A stretch of 64,000 bases of DNA, taken from positions 18,042,001 through 18,106,000 of the forward strand of contig CM120646.1 in NCBI GenBank assembly GCA_051362555.1, in the 5' to 3' direction. Positions 1-14,170 of this stretch are shown here, piece after piece. Numbering within the stretch: the stretch's first letter is position 1; the number at the start of each line of letters is the position of its first letter. Position numbers and translations under genes: made by a program. This DNA comes from Lingula anatina. Taxonomy: Eukaryota > Animalia > Brachiopoda. The notes under the pieces are model-generated. The model did not search any database. It was not told the origin of the DNA and worked only from the letters and a program-made list of their open reading frames with translations.

Positions 1-41
1 GATTTGATGTACCCCATTCTTGATTTGATGTACCCCATTCT
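1..41. repeat. 21-bp tandem repeat (GATTTGATGTACCCCATTCTT x2), truncated by the window edge
   Basis: Unit read directly at 1-21 and 22-41. Confidence 0.8.
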
Positions 42-385
42 AAAAACGCTCGCAGCTCTCCTACTTGTGAATCTTCACTGTTTTTTTGCACACGGCAGTC
101 AACAGATAATTTTCCTTAATTCTTAACTATGCGTATAATTGTATTATGACGCCATTTTGGGCCTACTACTGATTTTGTCTGGACGCACCTAGTTTCACTC
201 TTGCCTGATAACAGGCCACGCATGAGTTGTCAGTGTCCTTATTTAATATGTCTATTTTCTCTTTACTTAAAATGAAAAATGTGTAAAGCAATGAAAAAAG
301 AAATTGCCTGAAACGTTATGAAAGGGACTTCTAAAAGATGCGTGAACTTTACTAGTTTGAAACAAATGAAACTCAAATATGCAAA

Positions 386-388
<3 letters not shown>

Positions 389-420
<32 letters not shown>
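389..420. repeat. (GA)16 microsatellite
   Basis: Seen directly. Confidence 0.95.
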
Positions 421-424
<4 letters not shown>

Positions 425-853
425 AGGCGAAAAGCAAGAAATAAGGGAATAAAAAGGGAGAGGAAGATCACATTGAGAAAATTGTTATTTAGTTTGATAA
501 AGGATTTTCCTTAAAATAATGCGTTTTATTCGCGGATAACGAAATGTCCGGGGATTAATTGCTGATCTTAATTCCCAACCCACACCACCGTGTTTAAAGG
601 ACGACATCTATATCAATACTAAGACTGGTTCTGGATTTGATTCACAAAATGCGTGTGATGTATAAATCTATTGACTGGAAGTGATGGACTCTACTTAATC
701 TCGGTATTTCATGTGTAATATCCGACATAAACGTCAAAATGTTGGAGAAATATACACTGGGGTTTTGCTAAATTCTACTCAAGTTGTCAAAAAAAGTCGA
801 AACCTTGTCCCCAAACAATCTGCCTTATCAGTTGCAAAAAAAAAAAAAATAAA

Positions 854-884
<31 letters not shown>

Positions 885-1149
885 TAATAAAATAAAATAA
901 AAAAATAAATAAATAAAAATAATAAAAACTCACTGCAGCACTTTCCCTCTCTCTCTCTCTCCACACACGCGCACGCACGCACGAAGTACACATATATGCA
1001 CCTTATTTCCTTTCTTTTTTTGTTATCAAAGTTCAATAAACAACTGAAGAAACACGTATGTTTTACATTGTTGGATCTCTTCTTCTTCCGCAGTTGTTAT
1101 AAGACGTGCAATAATGTGCTTATCTTACTTATTATTTCATTTGCAGCCG

Positions 1150-3860
1150 ATGAAGCGACCAAACGCCTTGCTATACCCTGTGGGGTATTGTCTCATACTG
1201 TTGATCCAATTTCTTCTTGTCGGTAAGTTTCATCGTCACCACGCAACATTAATCCGGTCATTGATCACATACCACTAAGAGAGGAGATAGTGCTTTAGTT
1301 TTGCATATAGACATATGTATACTTCATCCTGATTTTAATGGCCTAGCAGAATTCCGGTGTGACAATAATGGCAGTCCCTTGCGTAGCCCGTTACCCATTA
1401 CTTTGTGCTGTGATGGTCGCCCGATTCACTAATTCCGATGCTTTCGGGCTAACCCTAGCATATACCGGGTAGCTATAACATGGGACCCCAGATTTTGGTC
1501 CTACACTGTAGTACCACCAATCCTGTCACACCGGTGTCTATGTACATCAGCCTTCGCTTGCTCTCTCTCTACTACTGGAATAGTGTTTTTTTTTTCAAAA
1601 TAACTCAAGCCGAGAGGTGGCCGAAACGTTAACGTTACGACCATAAAATTGCATCGTTGATTGTATTGTAAACGGGCTAGATATTCCACTTTAGTGTTGG
1701 TGTCATGATTTTTTCACAGGTGACTCATGTTTTAAAGAATTTAGTTTAAGTCCCATTTTCTTTTAGAGTAAAATAGATGGTTAATTTTAGTGGACTATAC
1801 AGGTAGACCCCGGATCAAAGAGGGTTGAGGTTGTTAAACGTTTCTTTATCGTTTTAACGGGTACCGCTTGACCCAGAATACTGTAGAGAGACGAGTTAAT
1901 ACTATTTTACTTCTTTTTATTTTGATGTAAATTCTTCATTTACATGGATGATTTTTATTGGAGAGTTGCGTTTTGCTTATTATGATTTGGTAATGAATAA
2001 CAGACACTTCAAATATGATGGACCAGAAATTGTTTGGAATCTGTTCATTCATTTTTCTATAACATGTACGAAACAATTTTTTTTCACTAACGGCAAAAAA
2101 GTGACTGGTGCTATTTCGCTTCCGATCGGATAGTTACACATATATTGGCGCTGTTCTTATAACGCGATATCTACATTTGATTGATGATCAAACTAGAAAA
2201 ACACCATCGCTGCATGTCAAAGGACGTGCGCCACGCGTTGAACTTTGTTTCCTATCCAAACGTACCCTCTACCAGGACCACAAATTGATTTTTTTCAACA
2301 GATATTCACAGATATGTCGCTGGTAAATTCATGGCACTTTTCTGCACTGTTAGAGAAAAGTGCACATAATTAATCTGCAGTCCTGGTAGCGGTTAATCCA
2401 AACTTCTAGTAGAATAAGGTTAATCAATAGATTTTATTGCGCCTAACGCACACCGTGAACCATACACTAAGCAGTAAATTTACGTGGGGCATCTATTCAC
2501 TCTGAAATTGAAAATTTAATTTCAGCTCTCTACCTTTTCCTATTTCCGTCATTTAAAGCTAAGATTTTGTAATTTCATGTAATCAGAAATGTCAAAATCG
2601 TCAGGGACCGTTGCATGTAGCTAAGCAAGCTGGCGCTGTGCGTCATATTGGATTTTGATAGGTTTTTGTTGCAATTTATTACCAGCGTACTTGGTTTAAT
2701 TTGTCGTAATAAGTGCTCTTATACTGCAAAAGAAGAAAAAGTACATCGCGAAAAAGCAAACAGCCACAAAAACTTTTACCTTGATTGAGAATATATACTT
2801 TATTGAATGATACAATGTACATTTCAGTTTTATATTATTTCTGCATTATTTCTACATATTTACATGTGTTAAAAGGAAAACGAGTTTCACAAGACGCAGG
2901 CTCCTTTTTTATATGACGTCTCTTCGAGTACCGATCAATTGGTAATAAAAAATAAGAGCCGAACTTATCATACATGTACACTGAATCGACTTACAACTAG
3001 TCTTCTTTTTTTAATCCCGTGATCGATCAACTATCGAATCAGTGACGGAGGGGCATTTGTAAAACGCATGTTTCACATATGCTTTTTATCTATGGAATAA
3101 ACGTTTTTTGTCTGCCAGACATCTTCCGAATAAATATTTACTTGTCAAGTTTGGAGGCCTGAAGAGTTACATTAATGTATCGTAATTCCAGACGCATACA
3201 CACTCCCATATGAGACCCACATATATATTTGAGGTAGCAGGTGCTCAAATTAAATAAGATCCATGTGGATGAATATTATTATCATGAGTAAAAAAAAATT
3301 ATATTTTTGTAAATGTTAGGGGGTCACTAACAACCTAAGTAAAGTATCCCTTAACGTAAGTTGGGTATACATAATACGTGTCAACCTCTTATTGTGTATG
3401 CAAAATCCTTGCCAACCTATTTTTGCGTACATGAAATACTTTTCAATCTTTTATCCCGTGCACGACGTACACAAAATACGAGCATGGTAGTTGTAATCTA
3501 AACGGACTACAAGATAGAGCTGTAGAATCTTGTCATTTGATTGAGAGCATTGTCACAGATTCATGGAATGCTTTGACGTTTTGAATTGCTCAGCAAGTTT
3601 GTTTAAATCTAAAAACAAGAATAAGCGCCGGATGTTTTTATTTGAAAAAAAAAAAGAGATAATTTTCTTGTTTTGTTTTTAAATGCTGCGGATCTTATTA
3701 TTTCGTTTTAATAGGTTCTTCAGTCACAAGAGACCTTCTTCATCGCGATATCCTTACTCAAGACTACAACCGATACACGCAGCCTGTTCACAATGAAAGC
3801 GTGGCCCTTGAGGTGCTCGTGACAGCAGACTTGATGCAAATACTGAACTTGGTGAGTCAG

Positions 3861-3891
<31 letters not shown>

Positions 3892-6800
3892 GGCGAACAC
3901 ACACACTCACACACACGCACGCAGACAGACAGACAAAATCGCCTAAATCGAGCTCCCATCGACCTGAACCGATAATGTAGTTTTTTTACACCACTGGTAC
4001 ACTTAACTAAGAGTTTGCTAAAAAGCTTTCACAACTTATATACATTATATATGATGCGCGAATGCTTTGGGAGATGATAACCAATATTAACTACATACGT
4101 TTAGAACACGGCTCAAGTTGGCTTGTACTGCCCTGCTGTTGATATACATATAATCGATAACTTCCCCCATTTATGTGTCTGTATATTTCGCCTCAGTTAA
4201 AGTAAAGACGGCCTGAAGATGACCGTGCCCATCATATTCCTATGTAGACATTATCGATTATATAGAGCTAAGTGAACAAAACAAGATCTGCGATATGTTC
4301 TTAAGAGAATATTCTTATCAAAAATAAATTGGTTTTGGGTCAGAAAGAATGTTCCACAAAACACTAACAGGTTATTTGAAAATCGGTTCCATAACTTGCA
4401 TCTTGCTATAGGTTCAGAGTATGATGCTTTGTATTTTATTTTACAGATTTAAATTCAAATTTTCAATTGGGGCGGTATTCTTATCACCTTAAGTGGCAGC
4501 GGCATGCCGTTGGTGTATAAATAAACTTGCTTACTATTTATAAACATCAAACAATGGGTCGATATAACATAATACGTACTACGTATTGCACATGTATCCC
4601 AGTTGGCAAAAGCTCCTTATCTCCATTCCGTCCGTCCAATGACCGCGTATTTACTGGTAGGTCATTTTACCTACAAATCGCCAGGGTAAACAAGGTCCAA
4701 CTAAAAATACTAGAAAGTGGCCTGTTCCCAGAATGGCTTCCCGTGGTAATGATTTGGAATTACATTGTTTGTTTGGAGCGTACTTGGTTAAAGTTGTCAT
4801 AAGTTCACTGGTAACACGCAATAAGACAACCGAACCCCATGACGATATAATTATCATACATGTATTTCATTAATCGTTTGGGCGTTATGATTTCCATAGA
4901 GCGTTTGCCTGCAGATCATTCTGGAAATAGCCAGTTTCAAATTTCCGGTTTTATCGCGTGACTTTCTAGCTTTATGGAATTCAGACATGATATATATGTC
5001 GGTATTTTCATCAACCTTTAAAATTTTCCCATTATTATAGTTTTATTATCTCTACAATGTACATTTGATTCGATAATCAGGTGGAAATACTAACTGTTTC
5101 TTTACCGTGATATTATTTAACTATCCAATCACTATGATAAATACATATGGTATGATATTTCTTATTTTGGTCTAGCTGTTTTCTTTAGTCCCCCTAAACA
5201 CATTCAAAACACTAACCCGTTTTATAAACGGCAATTATCGTTTATGAGGCCTGTCAAAGTAACGTGTATCCCTGTATGTCTGGTCATTGTTTTTACAAAT
5301 GCCCATATGTTATGTCTTCTCGCTTGCAGATAACATATCATTGATTTTTCTCACGGTCCAATATGGAGGACAAATGAAATTCACTATTGCAGATGCACCG
5401 GAGCGTGCGCGCCCGTGCGCGCGCACGCGCACACGCACTCACACACACACACACAAGCACACTGGCAGAAATTTAGGTTTTTTTCAGGGCTGAATTGGAT
5501 GGTGGGAATGGGGTGTGTGACATAGCATATGGATAGAAACGTGTTCGCTCGGTCTGCCGCAAATACATTTATGTTCACGGCACAGGCAAACTTGAAAAAA
5601 TTCAAGAAGATGATGCGCTCGTCAGCCCCGCTCAGTCTAGCAGTTAAGGGCCGGTTGTAGGTGGTATCCGCTTTTAAACAACAATTCCTCTGCCAAATCT
5701 CCTTTTCAAATACACAAATAGATTGAGCGAGGGATGCCGTATATTTTCAGAGAACCGACCCTTGGTTAATGTTCAAATACGAGTCCAGCTTCATTCATGA
5801 TTTCTTCACTCTGAAACTCATTAAGACATCAATGAAATTAATTGCTGGGCTCAAATAATTCGAGACTCATTGTCTCTGTGATGTGATCGATGATATAAAG
5901 AGTGTCATTGAACCGGGTGGGAAAACAAATCGCCACTAAGAGTTTTCAAATAAGAAAATCAGTTAATGATGATTAAGCGCCTTCTGATTGCAGCTGTTCT
6001 TACTCTCAATTCAAAACAAATAAATTGTATCTATATATTGTCTAATCATTTTCAAAGTTTCCTATTAACCCACTGCACCTATATGTAATTTATCAATAAT
6101 AATGTTTGGTGAAGTCTTATCTACAGGCCTCATAAACGATAATTGGCGTTTGCGATCTCGAGCCACGACTCAAACCGCGTTTTCATGGCGCGAACGTAAA
6201 AATATTGGTCGGGAGCATGATATTAAAGAGCGCGAACAATTTGGTCAGCTTTCATTTGGGTCTCTTGCTGTTTACATAATTTGTTTCCTAAAACCCGAAC
6301 TTTTTAAGTGCGACATACGTGAGTAATGTGCTGTCGACATTTTCTGGCACATACAGAATGTACTGAACGGGTATGTAGGCAAGTTAACGGCTCACGATTA
6401 GCATCGAAGTGCTCGCTAATCACCTTTGTATGGACAAGGAAAGGTAGTCCCAGGTACGGAAGCCTGGGTAACAAAGTTCCTGGAAACAGACAACTTGTTC
6501 TAATCGGACTACTATTCCCCGTAGCTTGGTCCAGGATTTACACCATACGCCGAACTTTACTCATTTCTTTTAGATTCAGGTGCTATCATAACATTAAATT
6601 CTCACGCGAGGTTTCAAAAACTAGTATCAGATATGCTGCTGCCATGTCTGAATTTCTCGTGAAGTCAGTCGTAGAGGGTAAGGGGAGAGCCCGTTGGTGG
6701 TTAATTATGTTGTTTTAATCTATCACGGAGAAGACCTCGAGGGGGTCTGGTTTTTATCTTAATAGAAATGCGTTGTTAATTGACTCATTGTTATAATTTT

Positions 6801-9800
6801 CGATTTGCGTGTTATGTGTTATTTCAATTAATCCTATGCTGAGAAAGAACCTGGCGTCGGCATTTTGAGTTACAGAAAAAATCCTTTCATCAATATAATC
6901 TAATTAAATGATAAGACTACAGTACAGGAGGCGTGTTCAGTATGCCCAAAATCTCTTTGTATCCTCTCAATGGTGTCCCAGCATTTGTATCCATTTGAAT
7001 CCAAAGTTTATTTTTTTTCAGGACGAAGCCCACCAGGTGCTAACAACGCTTTTGTGGATCACCACGGTGAGTATATGTTTGTAGAATACCTTACATCCCA
7101 GTTGCCAAAATAGTACACGTTGGAGAAAAAACTACCTTTTTGTGTTAGAGATTTGCCAATAATTTCGTGTGACTCCTGTCCTTTGGAATATCTACTGCCA
7201 GCGGGGTATTAATTATAGATAGGTTTCTTATTAAATGTAAGAGATAAATGATGCGAAGATTGCACTCTTCAATATCAGTGCATTGAGATTCTGTTACTTG
7301 TACATTCGTACGGTGACACAACCTGTTACAAGAATGCAATTAATATACTTCGATAAATAGGGATTTATTTTGTAGTTACATGTATCTGCTCATTTGATGT
7401 CACATTAATAGCTATCTAGAGTTATTGGTTATCGGCGAATGGTGCGCTTTTCTTATAATGAATGCAGATGAACGGTACAAGTCAATATTGAATTCATAAA
7501 TATTTCTATTTGGTTGTATTTTACACATGTACCAAGCACATTAGAATTCAAGGTGTACATTGTACGTCAGAATTTCAATTTTGCTTTAATTTTTAAGAAA
7601 TATGTGGACTATCGCCTGGCGTGGGACCCAGAGAAATATGACAACGTAACTGACATGTATTTACCTCAAAAGTCCCTATGGAAACCCGATCTTTACATTA
7701 TCAACACGTGAGTATAGTATTACAATTCAACGGGAAGACGTTTTTATCTGCTTATTTCCTTTTATAGTTTCTATTTACGAGAGGCCTTGTAGAATCACAA
7801 TTAATTAAGGAGAAGGAATTATCTGTGCAAGTGGGAGATCTTCCTATAAAGTGAGATTGGCTTGAAATAATGTATCTTGTACCTTCCACGGGTTGAATAT
7901 GCTTCTTTGACGTCATTCGAAATCGATAAGTACTCCTCATTGCAAACACAGTTATCATCAAACGGCGATACATTTCTTGATATTTTTTCGCGATATTTGA
8001 TTTTCAATTCGACAGTACACTAAAGATTTTTTGTATTTCGCTAAAAAGTCACATTCATACCTACCAGGTGCATGCACTTTCTTGACATTTTTGTCGCGGA
8101 TTGCAATTGTTTGACCTCATATATTTTTATTGATCAAGGAGAAACGGAGAAGTTGTTATCTAAATATAAACCTCTGGAATGAGATTATTCCAAAGGGTTA
8201 CAATTTTGCACGACATTTACTCGTTGATTTTGCATATATTAATACCTAAACATATATCACATACAATTTGGCGGCAAAAATAACATTGTCAAATTTTTCA
8301 TTCATCCTTTCTAAGTTGCTGGAGCGACCAAAGAGAATCACTTAATCAATTAAGTTGTAAGCTCAACAATACCCAATAGATATGCCGAAATCTATTGTAA
8401 GGCATATTTTCTTAATTTGGCGGAAGATGGATTGTTTAAGATAAATCCGTTAGAAAACCCCACAGAGATTCTCTCACCCGAAACGCAATTTTGCGACTTC
8501 ATTAAATTATTTTATTAATTATAATATATTTTAGCTTAAATGTTTTAGGGCATCCGTGCACTAGCGGATCAGTATGCATGAGGGCTGGGGGGGGGGGACG
8601 CAAGGATAAAAGATTGCTAGGCAAAAGAGTAGCTGAGACGGCGTCAATTTTATTTTATAATGTATTGGACAAAAGGACCAGAAAATTGGCTACCTTTTAG
8701 TTATTGCTAATTATTCTGTTTATTGAAGGAGAAAGGGGTGTGTGCATGGGTAGATTGATTGTTGAGTATATATATATATTGTAAACGGTTTTATCCCTTA
8801 TAACAGTGCTCCCTCTTTGTTTTGTTTAGGGCTGAGGGTGACGGTCACGTGTTTGGTAGTAACGAGGAAGACCTGGCAATAGTACAAAACACGGGACTTG
8901 TGTACTCACAAATGGGGAAACAGGTGGCCACGTTTTGCTCACTCGATCTCACCAGGTAGCTTCAATATCATTCATTAATATATGTATTGTGTGGGTTATT
9001 GGAAATTGCAGAATATACCTCATGTGGGACTTAATATATCTTTATGTCTCTTATGCTAATTTAAATAACATGATATGCAGATAAAATAATGGAACAAACT
9101 CAAGTATGATGTTCGAAATTTGGCCGATGACGGCCGCATTTATTGAAAGTCCCATTACTAAAAAGAAATGAAGCAGATTAATGATAAACATTGAATAGTG
9201 TAGATAAATGATATTTAACATAATGCGTGCGCCTGAAATATCTACATTTAAAAAATATAATTGCACACATTTCAATTTGTGGGGCGTGTTCTAGTTAAAA
9301 TCAAGGAGTTATAAGTTATCCTTGTTAAAATGAAGTCACTTCCTGTCACTTCAGATTCCCCTTTGACCAGCAGAACTGCTGTATCAGAATGATGTCCAAC
9401 GTGGTCAGGGACTCCTTGGTCAACTTGACCACTGTTCCCCACGGGTTCTCGATGGAGAAGTTCTTCACCAGTATCGAATGGGAGGTAAATTTTGTGAATC
9501 TGTGATCATAATGTGTTTTCCAATCGAAGGCTTCAGTGGAAAGAAAATGATATGCATGGAAAGAAAATGATATGCCAGATATAATTTGGCCATTTTTTAA
9601 TTTCATTCATTTGATTGTAAATATTTACGTTTAGTTTTATATTTTTATTCTTGCGGGCGGAAGATTGTAGAAGATAGGGGAAGCGAGTATTTTTCTTTCA
9701 CTCTTATAATGATTATAATGCTATGTAGCTTTGCAACACTAAATTGTTCCCTCCAGGTTCTGGACACGAAGGCGGAAGAACAGTTTGACCTGTGGGACAA

Positions 9801-12087
9801 CCCGTTCTCCACGCTGGAGACTGAAAAGCTTCACTGGAAGGAACTGCGTTTCTGTATCCGTATACGGCGTGCGATGTCGTTCTTCACGATAGCCATGTGT
9901 CTGCCGTGCATCATACTGTGTGCGCTGTCTTTGCTAGTGTTCCTAATGCCACCGGGGTCCGGGGAGAAAATGTCTGTAGGTGGGTCTCGATACTATACAG
10001 CCAGTAGATAAAGATACTTCTCTATTGAATATGTACATTGCCCATCTCTCCTGTAATAACACACCGTTATCTTTGGTAGAAGCCAGAGGGAGTGGCATAA
10101 ATCACAGACATCAATGTGTTTAAATATATAAAATATAATAGTTATTGTTATATTTTTCTCCGTTTACTCTACTAATGGGGGAGGGGGGGTCCCTCTATAA
10201 AATCCGTAATCCGCACCATTAGCTCTAAATGCTCCATTTCATCTCCAGGTATGACGTGCTGGACCGCCCTCGTGGTGTTTTTGTTGATCCTGGTGCGGAC
10301 GGTTCCTGGGACGGGCTCACAGGTGCCTCTCATAGGTGTGTATCACCTTCACTCCTTCATCTTTTAAGATAAAACACTGATTGTGATGTAACGCAATACA
10401 GTCGACTAAATCTAAGCGGGCTACGACTTTAGCCAAGAACCTACTTTAGAGTTTTTGTGAAGCAGCTAGGGCTCAGGTCTGCAAGTGCGTATGGCGTTCA
10501 TGCTATTACAGAATTTATCTCACGGAATTCTTTGCATTATCAAGTAAAATGTCATTACAAAATGAAATGGGTGTCTTTTCTTGCGAAACCAATTAACTAT
10601 GGATAAAAAAGTCGATTTCTGTTGCTGTAGGTGCACATGCATTATTATAGGATATATTATTCATTAAGGGAAGATTTAGGAACGCAGGCAATTTTCAGAG
10701 GTGTAATGATCTTGGAAGTGTCTCTAATATTCGATTATAACTATGATAAATCCTAGACCCTGTCCCATCACATGACTTTTTTGAGGTTTGAAAATTTTTA
10801 AGCCAAACAAAATCTATAATAAAACTTTTTTATGAAATCAAAGCGTCCGCAGCTAAAGCGTTTCGATGAATTGAAGGGATTTGAGGTTTTAAAAATAGAA
10901 GTACTTCTGCAAAAACAGAAACACCACATTACTACATATTGTTCACATAAATAAACGCAGATTTACTAACATCAAATAAACACATGTGGGTTTTAATCTT
11001 ATAACGCAATGTTTTTATCCCAATAATATAAGTGTGTGGATTCTGGTCATAATTTTGCAATTATTCCAGGTGGATTTTTCATCTTCACTTTAACACTTGT
11101 GAGCCTTTGTCTGGTCAGTTCTGTGTGCACCCTGCGAATGTATCACCATGGTAACGACGGCTCGCGACCACCCACGTGGCTCTATCAGGTGGGTCTTACC
11201 CTACTTCCGTTATGTCATAACTTAGAGAAATGTTGGTGCTTTTTCACACGTTAATTACTATCTAGCAACGGCCCATTAAGCAGGTAAAGCGGGTCTTGTA
11301 CATTTCTGGCCAAGCATTTATTACAGTTGTTAAACAAAAATGTCACAAGTTTTTAAACTATTGTGTTGAGACGTTTTTTATCAATTAAATATTGTTTTCG
11401 ACAATGACAGCGTATGCAATTATCATGGATTAACAAGTGAAAAAAATGAAACCAAGAGAAAAATAGAACACATCGTTTCTGATGTTGCATAAAGCAATAA
11501 ATTGCTATAGAACTTCGAAATGCAATCAACGGAAATTAAAACTGACTGCATTAATCTCAACTGCCTCGTAATATAAAAGCTGACACCACCTAAAACTGCA
11601 TTAGAAGTTTGGGCATTGTGCTAGTTGCGCTTCGAACCGCCTGTCGCAATTCGCATTGCATTTGCATCTTTAAACATACACCCCCGTTGCTTTTCATTCC
11701 TCCCTTTTCATTTTTCAGCTTTGCAAGCAACTCAGCCGCGTCGCTTGTGTGCAAATTCCAGACAGAGACCCAATGCGACGCAAGAGCTGTATTTCCACCA
11801 CCGACGAACGCGGGAAGACCAAGGGGCAGCAGGGACCCGCCAACAGCACCACGGAACCCCTGAATGGCGGGCCCAACGACCACGTGGTTGAAGAAGAACC
11901 CGTATTGAAGAGCCCAAATCGACTGACTCCCCAGTCTGTCGGTTATCTGGGCCTGCCACTCTTAGGAATACGTGATAGTATGATCGAGTGGCACCTCATA
12001 GGCTCGGTGATCGAGAGGTTGCTTTTTTATATTTATCTAGCTGGTATATTAATAACTATAATTGTGATAATATGCCATTTAGTTTAA
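1150..12087 (+). CDS. Cys-loop ligand-gated ion channel subunit, nicotinic acetylcholine receptor-like, non-alpha (no vicinal Cys), 472 aa, 10 coding exons
   Basis: Exons 1150-1222, 3715-3851, 7022-7066, 7598-7707, 8830-8955, 9355-9484, 9757-9979, 10249-10335, 11070-11188, 11719-12087. All introns are GT-AG, phases are consistent, total 1419 nt. Motifs: signal peptide, DYNRYTQPV, DEAHQVLTTLLW, DYRLAWDP, LWKPDL, Cys-loop CSLDLTRFPFDQQNC, IEWEV, M1, GEKMSVGMT (M2), VPLIG, M3, EWHLIGSVIERL+M4. The 45-, 110- and 87-nt exons match the sizes known from alpha7-type nAChR genes. Confidence 0.93.
1354..1534. mobile_element. Small MITE with CCGGTGTGACA terminal inverted repeats; a related partial copy starts near 41579
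   Basis: ccggtgtgaca at 1354-1364 and tgtcacaccgg at 1524-1534. The reverse complement of the right end resembles ggtgtgacaggaatggtag...tctggggtcc at about 41580-41625. Confidence 0.55.
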
Positions 12088-13559
12088 CCTGAGCGGGTGG
12101 TTATGCTGAGTGCAAACTTGATGGACCTTCTTAAGACAATGGCGTTCCTAGCAACGACTGAGCCAAGATTTTTGGCACACTGAATTTTAGGGCTTGGATT
12201 GGCCCGTCGGACGAAACAGGTGGTGTTGCATTAAGGTGGCGATGTGAATAATAAGATAAGTGCATGTGCTTGTAGCAGTACAAAATAGAGACGATGGTCC
12301 ATTGCATTGCTTTTAACACCGAAACCATGACCACGTGGTCTTGTAACCATAGAAATGTAACGATTTCATTACAGAATACACATATATTTACATCGATCGC
12401 TGAAATAATCTTAAAATTAAAAAGGGGATTATCATATATTATGCCAAATCATTCATATCATTCTGTTAAAGGAGCCCAATATTCTGATCGCTCGGACGCG
12501 TTTGGTTAGTTAATAGTCTACTGACCGGATGAAGCGAATAGCAGAGTTGACTCTGATCGTTAATGTAAGTATACGAAAAAAAAAAAGAAGCGAAATGGAG
12601 TCGGCCGTTGCCAAAGAATCACCTCCGTGTTTACAGCAGGAAAGGTTAGCACAGGGGTAGACTTGTCACCCCATTGTGTTTCACAGTGTATCGCCAAATT
12701 GTAAAATATTTGCTTTGTGTATACTAGCCTTCATTGTAACTGTACGGTATTCGGTCATATTCTGTCATCATTGTACATGTATTGCTGAGTTTGCTTCATT
12801 CATTTATCTGTATTCTAGAACATGCCCTTTTACTGCCACATTTAATCAAGTGAGAATCGTGAATCACCACAGCAGGAAGTAGGCCTACAGTACAGTGTAA
12901 ATACTAGTACATGTGCATATAGAATCATGATCATGGTCAATATTGCTTTTTATAGCCCTATTTGAACTGCAAATATACACAGCTACTTGAAGCCAGTGCT
13001 TATTGTTAAATTATGCATTTATCTCCGACGATTTAATGACTATCTTCCCGTCATAATCAGTGTAAGATAAGACATAAAATATTTTCAGCAATAAACTATA
13101 TAAAGATATAAAACCGGAGAACGTAGCCACGTCAATAAGCACCTTGGTGAAGGACTATACCTTTGCCACATCTAGCCCTGTTAAGCAAGTAAAGGGTAAG
13201 GATATAATTATAGATCTATCGTTGACAAAAATGGGCGATGTTTCATCTCGCAGCAGTGAAAACTATAACATTTACTAGGCCTACTGTAATTCAATCACTG
13301 CTGCGATACAGAGCACCTCGATTTATATTGATGATGAAGAATTAGACAATGAAGGCTTTTGAGCCCCTTTAAAATTCAGGTAACGTACACCAAGGCCTGC
13401 GAAGCTTAGGCTAAACTAAATTGATAAGTTGGTCAACAAGTGGCGACTGCCCCATAACATGGGCGGTAGACGAATTTAATATTTTTAATTCTATGGCCAG
13501 TCGAATTAAAACACTGTTTATTCAAAGAGGAAGGTTTTGATTTTACGTATTTATTTAGA

Positions 13560-13645
13560 TGCAGGGATCTATTGGTGTGGGGTATTATCGATGCGCATAA
13601 TGCAAAAATTTACTAGGGGTGAGTGCGGGGGAGTATCGACATGCC
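13560..13645. repeat. Fragment of an interspersed repeat, inverted relative to the copy at about 43300-43455
   Basis: atctattggtgtgggg...atcgatgcgcataat...tgcgggggagtatcgacatg is the reverse complement of catgtcgatactcccccgca...attatgcgcatcgat...ccccacaccgatagat. Confidence 0.7.
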
Positions 13646-14110
13646 CCCCGCCCCCCTCTCCACCCCCCCCCCCCCCCCCCCACCACCATGTCACTGTTGG
13701 GTGCTCTATATCTTTTCTTAATTGATTTGTGTGGTAACTTTGAACAATTTCTTCACTATTATAATAAAAACAGTTTTGCATTTTATTTACTAACTTAACA
13801 ATATTTTTTTCATAAAACTCCCGCGGACAGAGCTGGGGTGAAATTTTGATGTGATCTCATTGGATAAAGAGCTTCGGGGCTAAATGAAATAAATTAATTT
13901 ATCTGAACAGCAAAGACAATGACCGCAGTCATCACAAACCTTTACTTTGATTAACGTTAGAAATGAGAGAGAGTTATTGGGGCGGGTGGGGGTGGAGCTC
14001 GATTACTGATCAGATCAGTGATGGAACTAATTCACCCGGAAGTACTTTTCACGTGACAATAGTTTTCGACGCATTACTTCCTTTTTTATGTCGGCCACTG
14101 ACGGGAAAGG

Positions 14111-14170
14111 ATGTGTTTATCGAAGCTCTCGGGGATTGGCGTAGGTTTATTTCCTGTCGTTGCTGAATGG
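14111..14170 (+). other. Probable first exon of the TNFR-like gene (possibly coding: MCLSKLSGIGVGLFPVVAEW, phase 0 into the 15632 exon)
   Basis: Donor TGG|gtaaat at 14170; 60 nt in frame with the downstream exon; ETS-type ccggaagt motif upstream near 14036. It could instead be 5' UTR. Confidence 0.4.

Noticed and set aside
779-1036. Hydrophobic poly-Tyr/Ile/Phe ORFs on the minus strand
   Set aside because: Translations of (AAT)n/(AAAT)n simple repeats.
6326-6718. 130-aa intronic ORF
   Set aside because: No recognisable motif and not needed for the receptor reading frame; likely chance.
11590-11959. Several overlapping ORFs on both strands
   Set aside because: Shadow frames of the GC-rich last exon of the Cys-loop receptor.
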